A stretch of 64,000 bases of DNA from Azolla caroliniana (taxonomy: Eukaryota; Plantae; Polypodiophyta). The stretch spans positions 1,240,001 to 1,304,000 of the forward strand of contig JBHGNT010000020.1 in NCBI GenBank assembly GCA_043228905.1, written 5' to 3'. Below the pieces are notes generated by a model, which was not told where the DNA came from, did not search any database, and saw only the letters and a list, made by a program, of their open reading frames with translations. The translations under genes were made by a program, and so were the position numbers. Below, piece by piece: positions 1 to 13,224 of this stretch (position 1 is its first letter; each line of letters opens with the position of its first letter).

Positions 1-1958
1 CTCGAGTATGCTCGCGAAATCCTCGTAGAACGTTTCGGACAACCATGTCCCGAAACTTTCGCCCACTCTCGATGTGGTGTCCATTGCTCCGTAGATATCG
101 GCCACATCCATGGCCGTCCTCTTTCCACAAGTCGAGAGGGTCGCTAGCTCCGCACCCTCTCCCACATCGTCACTGTGGTGGCCCGCCTTGCCGCCGCCAC
201 CATTCGTTACCCTAGGTCTCACGCGGGCACTCGGGCCGGCCGCCGGGGTCTCTTGAACCGGTGCGTGTAAGGTAGCAACGCCGCCGCTCGCCGATGCTAT
301 GCCCGTAGCCACCTCCATTTGGACATCGTCATCCGTGGCTACCCCACCTCCGTATATGCAAGCATCACTTAGGCTTGCCGCCTCCTCTTCCACAGTCTCC
401 ATACTGTTGTCTCGGTTGCCCGCCTTGCCGCCACCACCGCCCGTCACTCTAGGTCTCACGCCGGCAATCGGGCCGACCGCCGGTGCCTCTAGGGCCGGTG
501 TGTGTAAGGTCGCGGCACCGCCGCTTGTCTCGTCCCCGCTCGATGTTTCGGGCTTCCATGCCCGAACTCTCTCATGTCCGCTCGAACCGGCGATCGCCGC
601 CTCACCGTCCCCGACCTCGTCCTCGGTCGATCTTTCTCCGCATGTCGAGAGGGTGGCTCGCTCCGCACCCTCTCCCGTGGTACCGATGTACCATTCTCTT
701 TCGGCCTCCTCATCCTCCGATCTGCTCGGGCCCGACTCCGCAATAAGCCCTTCTTCGGCTTCGATTTGTGCCTCTACGATCTCGTACACTTCCCGCACCA
801 AGGCTTCGATGTCGAGCTCCTCCGAACCGATTTGCGTTGAGCTCTCTTCCGGCGTTAGTGCGTAGTCGGTCACCGCTCTCTCTTCTCCGCCGCTCGCAAG
901 CCGCGTTGTGGCCGACCGCCTCTCATCACATTGTATGCACGCCCATTCCACCTTGTTCCAATCGTCGGTGAAGCCGTACGCCCCTTCATCATCTTCGAGG
1001 TAGGGAAAAATGGCCATTCTCCCCCTTTCGTTGACCGACTTCAAGAATAGTAGGACCTTGTCCGCCCCCACCGATTCTTGATCCCGGACTGAAAGTTGGG
1101 AAAACCGGAGATCGAACTCCCGGAATGCCTTCATTGCGCTTCGAGGAGCCTTTGCCGACGACACCCATAGATCGAACTCGCGTCGATCGTACTTGTACGC
1201 CTCTTCCCGTCTTTCTCTCCTTCTTGCGAAATCCCTTGTCATTCTCGTCATTACTTCCGCGATGTCTCCGGCTTCCATCTCCTTCCTCCCTTGCCGCCTC
1301 TTCACGTCGGGTTCACCAAAGATGTCGCGTTGCTACGCGCGTGCGTGGAGAAGGGCGAGACCACAAGGGTCTTGGACTAAGGAGTAGAGGAGAAGGAATC
1401 GGACATGGAATGGAAGCTTTTCTCAAGAAGAAGGAGAATGAACAAGAGATTAGATCGAACAAGTGGAAGATGGAGACAAGATGATCAACAAGATATATTA
1501 AAACGAAATGAACGATTACAAAATGGTGGCCGCATAGGCCGCACCAAACGACTACTCGAAACCCTAACCGACGAAGATGAAGATAAAGATAAAGAAACCC
1601 TAACCCTAACCCTAACGCTCGACCTATGTGGTATACCTCGCACACTCAAAATAGGCAACCCCCACAATGGTGCCTTCCCTCTCCTTTTATAGCACAAGGA
1701 GGGAAGACCATTTACAAAGTGAGACTAAAACATCCCCTTTCACTCAAAGGGGATATTTGCCTTGATTTGGGGAGGGTGAGATTGATGGCCGCTTAACTCC
1801 CACCTCCACACAAACAACTAGGTACCTATGTACCGCATAGTACCTCTCTCTCTCACGCGCGTGGATGTGCGCACAAGACCACATCACCTTTATACCTTAG
1901 GGATCCTATGGGGCATTTCTAGCACCATACACTTTACCCTTATTACTATTACAAATAC
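1..1958 (-). mobile_element. Ty3/gypsy LTR retrotransposon 5' part (decayed gag 1-1300, PBS, 5' LTR ~1323-1958), tRNA-Trp-primed family
   Basis: PBS TGGTGAACCCGACGTGAA on - strand at 1301-1318. LTR end tgtcgcgttgctacgc at 1323 resembles LTR ends at 28598 and 63211. Gag-like broken frames are similar to 58200-58600 and 62400-63100. Confidence 0.8.
1301..1318 (-). promoter_or_regulatory. Primer binding site complementary to 3' end of tRNA-Trp
   Basis: + strand ttcacgtcgggttcacca equals the 3' end of plant cytosolic tRNA-Trp(CCA) plus CCA. The same motif occurs at 58643-58660 and 63189-63206, and on the opposite strand at 18776. Confidence 0.85.
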
Positions 1959-3544
1959 ATTATGTACGTGTGCAACGTTGCACATCGCTCTTTGGCTCTC
2001 GTTGCTCGGGTTTCCGCTTGTGGACGAAAATCTTCACGACAACGGAATTAGCAATGTCAGAGACTGAGTTGAAATCAACAGAATGTGCACCCAAGCTGAA
2101 AGCAACCCTCACACAAGTACCAGGGTGGGGAGTCCTGGCCCTCATTGGTGTTTGTGGAAAAATGATGGAGCGGTTGCACCAATCCACCATCGGATTATGT
2201 GTTTCCAACCAAGATAGCCCTAAAACAATCGGAGTCGAGGGGTTGCAATGAGGTAGAATGTTAATACCTTCTGGTGGAATCCGACTTGAAATATCAACAG
2301 GTCAGTGGCTTCGGTAACCGCCCCCGAAGAGAGAACCCATCCGTCGATATCTTCAACAAATATGGGTTGTGTTGTGCGGACGGTGGTGATTTTATGTGCT
2401 TAGACGAAACCGATATCGATGAAACAAGTAAATGCACCAGAATTGAGCAAGGCATGGGATTGTATTGAAGTAGACCCAAAACAAAGACTTACTTGCAAAG
2501 TAAAACCTCCTACTGGCGTGGCTGAATTGTAGGAGCACGGAGAAGTAGGGTAACCTGTTGACGAGAAACCTCCGCAAGACATGCATGGTGGGATTGATGA
2601 TGAGGTCCGCACACTAGGCATTGGTAGATGACATGGGCGGAGGTACCACAATAGAGGTAGAGGCCATTGTCACGTCGATGTTGTCGTTGGGCATCGGTTA
2701 ATGGTTGGAACCGAGCATGGTCGATCTCCATTCAAGTATGGGAGTCTACCTCCATTGGGGTATGAGTATCGTTGGAGGATGTCAATCATGGCATGCTTGG
2801 TGAAACTGATATATATGGCCTTGTGAGTGGAGCATTGCGGGAGTAAGACGGGAAGCCTCGAGTTCCCCATTCCTCCTATTGAAGCTCAAAAAGATGAGTA
2901 TCACATTGAACGGCTTCCGAGATTACCTAAGACAACGATATGGGCTCCCGAAAGTTTAAGAGAAGAGTCTTGACATCGTTTCGGAGGCCTCGACGAAACT
3001 GGTCGCATAAGGCTTGGTCATCCCAGCTGACATCGCACACGATCTGACGAAACTCTGAAGCATAGACGAGAGCCTTGTTGTAAGGAATAGAGCTTCGTGA
3101 GAGCCATTCGTACCTAGTTTGTCTCTCAGAATGTGGCTACAAGCTCCCCAAGGAAGGCAGAAAAGTTTTCTCGGAGTGGGGATGAGGTCTCGATCAATGG
3201 TGGAAACCACATTTCTGCTAGCCAAGAGAGAAGGGTGCCAACGAGGCCGACCCTAGGCAAGCTGACGCTAGGTTCGAGGACATATGAATGGGAAGAGGAA
3301 GACGTTGGGCTAGGTGATGACGGATGGTGAGGCTCGACGAGTGGGAGGTTGTTGGATGGGCCATTTTAAAGCTCTTGTAATGATTGACGAAAGCTTTCAT
3401 TTTCTAGTTGAAGTTGTTCCAAGACTGACATTACTTGGCTTAACTTGTTGACCAAGTCGAACATGGTAACAAGAAGAGGAAGGTGAACAAACTGTCACGG
3501 ATGAGTAGACAAGGCCACGGACAAGTAGACGAGGCTAAATACTA

Positions 3545-3595
<51 letters not shown>

Positions 3596-3779
3596 ATACA
3601 CAAGAGAGCATAGACAATAAGAGCAAGAAAGAGAGAGAGGAAGTGGACAAGAGGGCGAGAACTGAATTATGCTTTCTTAATTGGTGTTGTTCACCTTGAT
3701 TGTAATCCAGGTGCACGCGAGTATTTATACAAGAATGTGGAGATATGCATGTAAGCTAGGAAACATCTAGAGACTGCAT

Positions 3780-3835
3780 GGAAACTTCTAGAGAGTGCAT
3801 GAAGATGCATTCTCTAGAAGTTTCTTGAAAGTTCT
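3780..3835. promoter_or_regulatory. Heat shock element array in LTR
   Basis: Perfect four-pentamer HSE aGAAg-tTTCt-tGAAa-gTTCt at 3816-3835, plus gGAAa-cTTCt at 3780, upstream of the LTR TATA box. Confidence 0.7.
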
Positions 3836-3890
3836 AGTGATTAACCTACAATGTAATAAGTTGAATCTTATACAATACAATAATGCATAA

Positions 3891-3962
3891 ATGGATGTAG
3901 TTCAACTGGTAAGGTTGCCCAATAAGATTAGGAGGTCATGGGTTCAACCCTCCTACATTCCA
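3891..3962 (+). other. tRNA-like (A-box/B-box) module at 5' end of LTR, antisense to the element
   Basis: A-box-like TAGTTCAACTGG (3898) and B-box-like GGTTCAACCC (3941) at tRNA spacing, with an AGGTC variable loop and a terminal CCA. Confidence 0.6.
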
Positions 3963-3971
3963 TCATGTCCA

Positions 3972-5245
3972 TGTGCGTCTCTGTATCCGACAAAAATTGC
4001 TTTTCTATCTCTTTGTTCTAACTTGGATCGTTTTTCAGCAGGAACGAAGGTGTATATGCACGATTTTAAGATCCTGCGTGTTTGGTTTTACTCCAAACCA
4101 TAACTCGTACAATGTGATTAACCCAAGTGTTTGATGATAGTTATGATTTTGGAGGTAACATGTTGTTGAGACAACTTCTTCCCAAAATGAAGGCAGACGA
4201 GACACTAGGCTAAGCATTCTTCGGGCCGAATTAAGGAGAGTTCCATTCTTTCGTTCGGCTAGGCCATTTGGTTGTGGTGTTGAAGGAACAAAAATTTATT
4301 GTAAAATTCCATGAACTTGCTAGATGTATATTCTCCCCCTCCGTCAAAATGTAGACATTTCAATTGTACATTTAGTTGCTTTTCTATTAGTAATTTTTAG
4401 TTTGTAAAAGCAATGAAATCTTTGTCTTTGCTTTTGAGGCATGTTAGTATCATAAACCTTGTGTAATCATCGATGAAACTAATGAAATATTTTGATTTTA
4501 AAAGTGATTGAGTAGGGAATCGACCACATATGTCACTATGGACGAGTTCAAGAGGTCAACTTCTTCATGAATTACTTGTAGGAAACTTTGATGATGTCAT
4601 TTTGTCGAACAAGCACGTGTCACATAAATCAATTTTGCAAAACATATCCTTTGGGACTTCTTGAGAGAGCTTGTGAGTTTGGAGTGTTCGCATAGCGGCA
4701 AGTTGTGGATGTTTGAGTCGGTAGTGCCAAGTAAGGTTAGTTCCTATTGTCTTTAGATTTTGATTGCATGAACTTCGATTTTTGATTGGGTTATTGGATG
4801 TACACTAATTGGATATAACCTTCCTTGTCTTTTGCAAGAAGTTTGTATTGTGAGGCCATTTTGGAGAAAATGACGAATCACGGCTTAGTTATGATGGAAC
4901 TCAATGATGGTTCCATTCGAAGTTGCTTGACTTGTTGAAAGGAGGTTCATGGTAATGTATGGCACGTGATACACATTATTAATGGTTAAGTGCCCTCCTC
5001 CAGAGAGATGAAATGTAAGTTGGCCTTTACCTAATGCTTGCTTTACTCCATTACTTCCAAATCTAATAGTTATTGGATTTTTTATGGGTGTGTACCTTTG
5101 AAACCAATCATATCGATGTGTGAGATGATTCGTTGCTCCGGTGTCGAGGTACCATTTGTCATCCTTCTTTCTTGGTGTATCCGGGGTAAGTGCTTCAACC
5201 ACGAAAGCTTGCATCAAGTCGTTGTAGTCTTCTTCTTTGTATCCC
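3972..5245 (-). mobile_element. Decayed Ty1/copia fragment (protease, GAG-pre-integrase, integrase)
   Basis: WYLDTGATNHLT protease motif, LPSFWEEVVSTTCYLQN integrase region, KAIFVGY motif; many stops and frameshifts. Confidence 0.85.
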
Positions 5246-8200
5246 AACCATATGACGAACCACAAAGAATGGTTCTCCGTTCTCGAGAAGCCGAAGAAGC
5301 CGATGGTGGTCAAAACCAAAGACGACACCCCACATCCCATCGAGCACATCAGGGATGTCCCTCTGAGTCATGTCGGCCAGAATGGAATCATGAGGAACAT
5401 CCTGCATGTTCCAACGATCACCAAGAACTTGGTGCCGGTTGGCTAGATCGTGGATCAAGGAATGCAAGTCCGGTTCACTCACCATGGGTGCTTCATTGAG
5501 GAGGAAGGTTGGATCGTCGCGCAAGGGCACCGGGATGGAAGAATGTTCATCCTCGAAACCAATTATGTGGGCACAACTATGTTCGTGAAAGGGCAGAAGG
5601 TCAAGTTGGACATCGACTTGTGGCATAAGCAGATAGGCCACATCAACATCTGGAAGCGGTCGAAACATGTAGTTTTCAGATTTCCAAAGTTCTGTGGCCA
5701 AAAAGGCCAAATATGTGAAGCTTGCTAGCTCGGGAAGCAACACAGGCTTCCATTCCCCATCTAAAAGAATTGGAGCTAGAATCAGCTCGATCTTATCCAT
5801 TCGGAAGTGTGGGGACCGGCACAAAATGTGAGCATCGACGGGAGTCGATATTTCGTCTCCTTCATCGACGATTTCAGCCGACACACCTGGATCTACTTAA
5901 TCAAGAAGAAGAGCGAAGTCTTCTCGTGCTTTCGGGACTTAAAGAATCATGTAGAACGTGAAACCAGAAGGAAGATCAAGTGTTTGAGATCGGATGGTAG
6001 AAAAGAGTACTTTTCCGGTTAGTTCGTTATCTACAGACCAAGAGAATTCATCGAGAGTTCTCCTGAGGTACACGCCAGAGCAAAATGGCATGGCCGAACA
6101 TCGGAATAGGACATTAGTAGAAGCGGCAAGGACAATGTTGGAGGAGAAGAGCATGCCCCGGATTTATTGATTGGGCCGAAGCAATTTGGACAGCCGTCTA
6201 CATTCCGAATCGGATATCTACCTCAGGGACAAATGTGTCACCGCATGAATTGTACTTCGAGCGGAAGCTAAATTTGACGCACCTACGCGTATTCGACAGC
6301 ATTGCATATATGCATGTGTCGGATGAGAAGCAAAAGAAGTTGGATGCCAAGGCCGAGAAGTGCATCATGGTTGGCTACTCTAACGAGCAAAAGGGGTACA
6401 AGTGCTACAACCCTCGTTCGAAGAAAGTTCAAGTTAGTCATGATGTCATTTTCGACGAATCGACATCATGGTACTTCTCATCACCCACACCCTAGCCGAT
6501 TGTTGCGGATGAAGCAATGGATTCCGAAACAGAGGGAAGTATAGCGGAATCCGAACTCCCAGATCAATGGTCCAAATCCGGATTGGTTGAGCCGAAGTGG
6601 TCAACCGGATGACGAACCGGCGAGTAGTGAAGACTCGACCGTGCTCTCCACGTGTAAGGAGGCAAGGAGACGGTTCACAAACAAAGAAAAGGGGAAGAAG
6701 AAAATGTTGGGGTACAACACCGGCAAAGAAGAGATGGATCGGAGCGCATCCGACTCTGAAAAAAACCAAGATAGATCTTCAGAAGAGAAGTCTGAGTTGG
6801 TCAAGAGGGCCAAGAAATCCACAAACTAGGAGTTGCACCAATCCACTCGCCAAAAGTCTTCTTGTAATCTGGTACAGATATAACGAATACATGGCACATC
6901 ATTATGCCTACATGGCGAAGATGCCAACCGTGTGTGAGCTGGACAGCTACACAGAAACGGCTAAGGATCCGAACTGGCAGAAGGCCATGGAGGAAGAGAT
7001 GCACACGCTCATGGAAAATGAGACATGGGATTTAGTTGACGTTCCGAAGGGAGTGAAGCCAATCAGATGTCGATGGGTATACAAGGTCAAATACAACATC
7101 GACAGCTCCGTCAACCAGTACAAGGCCACATTAGTAGTGAAGGGCACGCGTAGCAGCACGGAATCGATTATGACAAGACTTGCGCGCCGGTTGCAAAGAT
7201 AACAACCTTCTATGTCTTGCATGTCAATTAGTCAGATTCTTCACTCTTCATCCGGCAAGGTCAGAACGGGCCGGTAAGCATTTTACTTTATGTTGATGAT
7301 TTAGTCATCGTCAGTGCCGACTTAGTAGAAATTGACCGCATCAAGTCACAACTTGTGGCATCGTTTGACATGAAGGATGTCGGTGACCTTCATTCCTTCC
7401 TCAGGATCGAAGTGATCCGCACCCCCGAAGGCATACTGATTAGCCAGTGACATTATATGTAAGTATGCTCTTCAAGTTCAGAATGATGGATTGTAAATTC
7501 GCTGCTACTCCTCTAGATAGGAATGTGAAGCTTCGCCCCGACTCCAGAATGGCATGCGACCCGAAAAGGTTCCGACAAATAGTCGGAAGCCTTGTATATC
7601 TAACCATCACCCGGCCGGACCTTAGCTAACCGATTGGACTAATTAGTCAATTCATCGTGCATCCGACCATGGAGCAACTTTAGTGTGCACATCGGATAAT
7701 GCGATATGTCAGTGGCACTAAGGACAAGGGGTTGCTATATCGGACTGGTATGGCCGAACAGTTTGTCAGCTACCTGGATGTCGATTGGGCCAAAAACATC
7801 GGCAATCAAAGGTCAACCTTCGGATTTGCATTTTCACTTGGAAGTGTTGCGATCGCCTGGAGCAACAAGAAGCGGTCGACAGTTGCACTGTCGAGCACCG
7901 AGGCCGAGTAACGAGGAGCGGCTATCGCGACATGCGAAGCCATTTGGCTCAAGATGCTCCTAAAGGATCTGTGGATGAAGGTCTCCAACCCGACGATGAT
8001 CTATTGTGACAGCGTCAACAATATCCAGTTGGCGAAAAATCACGTTTTCGATGCCCGAACCAAGTACATTGAGGTGCATTACCATTTTTTCCGTGATTGT
8101 GTCCTCTCCGGTGAAGTCGAATTGGTGTATGTTGCGACGGATCGGCAGGCGGCCAATGTATTCACGAAACCCTTAGGTCTTGACAAGTTGCAGCAATTCT

Positions 8201-9248
8201 CAGGCATGCTTGGGCTGCAGCACCGTGATGTGCCAAACTTGAGGGGGAGGACTGAAACATGAGAGATGGTCAAAACCTGTGGCAAGCTGAAAAAGAAGAT
8301 GTCTGGAAAGCCAAATTGGATACCAAACTTGATTTCGGTCCAACTGAAGAAGTTAGAGTGTTTGGGTCGGTTGAAGAAGCCGAGGATGGATGGACACATG
8401 CAATCAGACGTAGGGGGAGTGACCACAAGGGAGATCCCAAGCCCAAGCCAACTGAAAAAGGGGAAGGTAATGCCAAGGAGGCTAAGAAGACCAAGACACA
8501 AACATGATCCGATGTCGTGAAGGGTCTGAAGATCGGAGTCGACTTGGACACATCTAGCTCGGACAAAGAAGAGAATGAATCAGAGATAGCTTATTCGACC
8601 GAAAATCGAAGTGAATCGGAAGCACCCGATTCAATCAAATTTTTCGATTCGAAGGAGTTGAATCGATTCGCCAAGAGGTTGAGAGTGCAGCAAAAGTCGA
8701 CACCGTCACAGAGAGTCACTAGGTCAAGAAGTGCCACAATCACGGCAACGGCGACACTGACTTAAGCCAAAGGTGCAGACTAACCGACGAAGAAGGCCGA
8801 GGTGCACGAAACCGGACGAGTCGTGGGAAGAGGAACTAGACCGGATGAGGAGCGTGAGCCAGGCAGGAAGACGCCCGGAGGAGCCGGAGAAGGGGACCGG
8901 CGGACACAGACATAACCATCTAACCTCAAGTTGAGCTTGAGGGGGGAGTGTTTAGCAGACAAGCTCAACCGGATCCGGATTGGCTAAATAAGCCAGAGCC
9001 GGATGGGTATTTGGAAACCAAGGAACTAGATCATCCTCCGGAATAGTGTGAACCAATAGGTCGTTAGAGGCCTACGGTCTGAGCCTAGTACGTAGGCATA
9101 TTCTTTAGAGTTAGTGTAGAGGCTCATTTATGAGCATCCAAGTACTTATGGTACTTCTGTCAGTCCGTGTAAGGACTTGTATAAAAGTGCTCTTTGAGCA
9201 CACTCGATGAATACATAGTATTATTTTGAAATCAACTTTTGGTATTTT

Positions 9249-9297
<49 letters not shown>

Positions 9298-9394
9298 TGT
9301 GTTTAAGGTCTTCATTAGACCTTCATCTCTATTTCTATGGTCTGTTCTATCCAGATGAGCCAGTTGTCTTAGATTCCGCAGGCTATCTTTTACA
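5240..9394 (+). mobile_element. Decayed Ty1/copia element (PR-INT-RT-RH) with 3' LTR 8949-9394
   Basis: NHMT, LWHKQIGH, YFVSFIDDFSR, RSDGRKEY, WVYKVK, LYVDD, TVALSSTEAE and ARTKYIEVHYHF motifs. PPT gaggggggag precedes TG at 8949; the LTR ends ttttaca at 9394. Confidence 0.9.
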
Positions 9395-9770
9395 CCATTT
9401 TTATAAAAGAGGGCTATTCGGCTTAGCGCTCATCTTGATGACAATCGATCAACGCTCCTAGGATTCTCTAGCCTTATTTGATAGATGCGGATATCTATTA
9501 ATCTTATACCATGTAGAATTTGACAACCATACAAATAAAGAATGATTGCTAGAGAGAGATCACACATACACAAAATTGTTCTATATTCATTGTAATGTGT
9601 TACATTAGCCAAACGGCTTGTTTGTAGAGACAACTCAAAAAGCTATACCTCTTCAATGAAGAGTTGTCTCTTTACATAATTCTAACAATAAATAACTCTT
9701 CATACATTTCTTATTTTAATAAATATAATATTTAGGTTAAATATTTCCATACTACGCACATGCAAGCGAA

Positions 9771-10065
9771 CTAGATGGCATTGCCATCAGCACCCATGAA
9801 AGGATCGATGATTGTGCCACCATGGCCACAACCAACATTGGCACAACAGGTGGCCTGATTCCTGGCAATGTCTTCGAGCGTGACAGAGAAGAGGCCTTGC
9901 CCATCCAGCATGATGCCTTCGTTAAACCAAAAACACAATGTATACCTCCTAAGCCAATAGCGGATGAGATCCCGACTGATCCCCTCCACCATGCTTGGGA
10001 GAACCATATTTAACTTCTCGTCCTTCTCATTCACATACATTGTCAATTGTGCATTCAAACAGGAG
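9771..10065 (-). pseudogene. Duplicated single-exon fragment of the TGS1-like gene
   Basis: Close paralog of exon 12910-13224 (RYWLRRYTLCFWFNEGIMLDGQGLFSVTLEDIA...GNAI*), with a premature stop and no downstream exons. Confidence 0.85.
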
Positions 10066-11667
10066 GCAAAGTCTTTAATCATCCATCAACATTAATTCAT
10101 TTGGCTCAATACCCTCAGCTCCCCCTTTGTCATTTCTATAGTGTCAGTAGTTCTTCTAGAAGTGCCCCGGTTTCCCACAATAGGGAAACGTGAGCCTTCC
10201 TTTGGACTTCGACCCAAATCTAGATTTGTCCCTGTTTTGAGGACCTCTCTACCTGCCCCTTCATCTACTAAAGTCCCTTTCTGTAACTAGGGCTTTTGGT
10301 CAAAGTTGAACTATTTGTCCTTTCGTCAAGCTTCTTCATTCCGCAAGCTCGACTTTAGCATGTCTAGGGTCAGTTGTTTCCCTTGTGGCGTTGAGTTACC
10401 TAAAGTCACCAGAAGTGTCTCCCAGTTGTCTGGTAAAAAGCTAACAACAACAAGGCTAATACCTCATCAACTAGAGGTATTTCTAGGGAGATGGTTTGGT
10501 TTATTATCCCTTGAACGGCATTCCTGTATTCAGCCTTGCTAGAGCCACCTTGATATCTCAACCTCACTATCTTCCTAAAGATGGAGAATCTACCTTGGTA
10601 AGATTTTCGTCTCAGTAGACGGATATGCACAAAGACAAGGGAAACGAAGAAACGTCTTACACTTGATGTGTGCAGAGCCGTCAACCTGTTGGGGGGTGTC
10701 GGATTTGAGGGTCAGCCACTACACTAGCTCGACCTACACAACACACAGCTTGCACTCCTTTCTCCTTTTTCCTCTCTCGCTTCTCTTCTCTTACAATTCA
10801 CTACACACTGACCATCACACACTGTAAGAAATATTGGGACAATGTGTAAGAAAAGTTGGAACAAAGAGGAGGGAAATTTGATAAAAGTGTATAATAAGAC
10901 TCTATGAGAGTAACAACTGTCAACATAGCAACTGAATGGAAAATACTAACATTTGATACATACATACATACATATATACATATATACATATACATATATA
11001 TATTGGAGAAGTAATTGTTATTTTGTCTTTTCCAAATACTTTTCTTGTAAGTCTTATTTTGTCATTGGATCTTCATATATAAGTTTGTTGTCTTTAGTTT
11101 GTTGTAGTGTTAGCAGGTAATCTTGAACCATTTCATGGATACTCTGTTAGGTGTTTCATGTCATTTGGAATATAGAGATTAAAGATGGTGCCAGACATAA
11201 AGAACATGATGACTATCCAATCCATTAGAGGCAATTAATTAGATAATAATAACAAATAATAAAATGTGGTTTGTAGTAAAGGCAAAGTAATATCTATCCA
11301 TTATCATTCATGTATCAAGTGTATTGGGTATTACAAAGTAATTGTATATATATGTTGTACTGTCTGTGTCTGGTTTTGGTGGGCAATTCTTCCACTACAC
11401 TATAATCCTTTTGATTCTTCTCCCCCCCCCCCCCCACCCATTTCAATCCCATGGACACAAAAAAAAAACAAAATACACACAAATACAATAGATTTTGTAT
11501 AGATTTCTCATCTTCTTCCCTTCCAAAATTTGCAGTCTCTCTTTTGGATTAAGTAATGGGGATGTAAGATTATTATGATATTGGGGATTTTTTCATATGT
11601 TTGAAGAGACGGAAAGGCTACTAGAAACAGATACAGAGAGTTGGATATAAAGTATAAGCAACAGCAG

Positions 11668-13224
<1,557 letters not shown>

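Larger units (their letters stand above)
1960..3965 (-). mobile_element. Chromovirus-like Ty3/gypsy 5' fragment: 5' LTR (3493-~3965), decayed gag and protease
   Basis: Zinc-knuckle remnant LYLYCGTSAH, protease ALLNSGAFTCFID, downstream THNPMVDW motif. The LTR has TATA (rc of gtatttatac at 3721) and a (CT)n leader and ends TGACA at 3493. Confidence 0.75.

Noticed and set aside
3546-3595. (GA)n/(CT)n microsatellites here and at ~9250 and ~41118
   Set aside because: Ordinary LTR/leader simple repeats.
10100-10760. Possible Sirevirus-like 3' end (rc acaaagggggag) and LTR start
   Set aside because: Only a PPT-like motif; no supporting coding motif or LTR pair.
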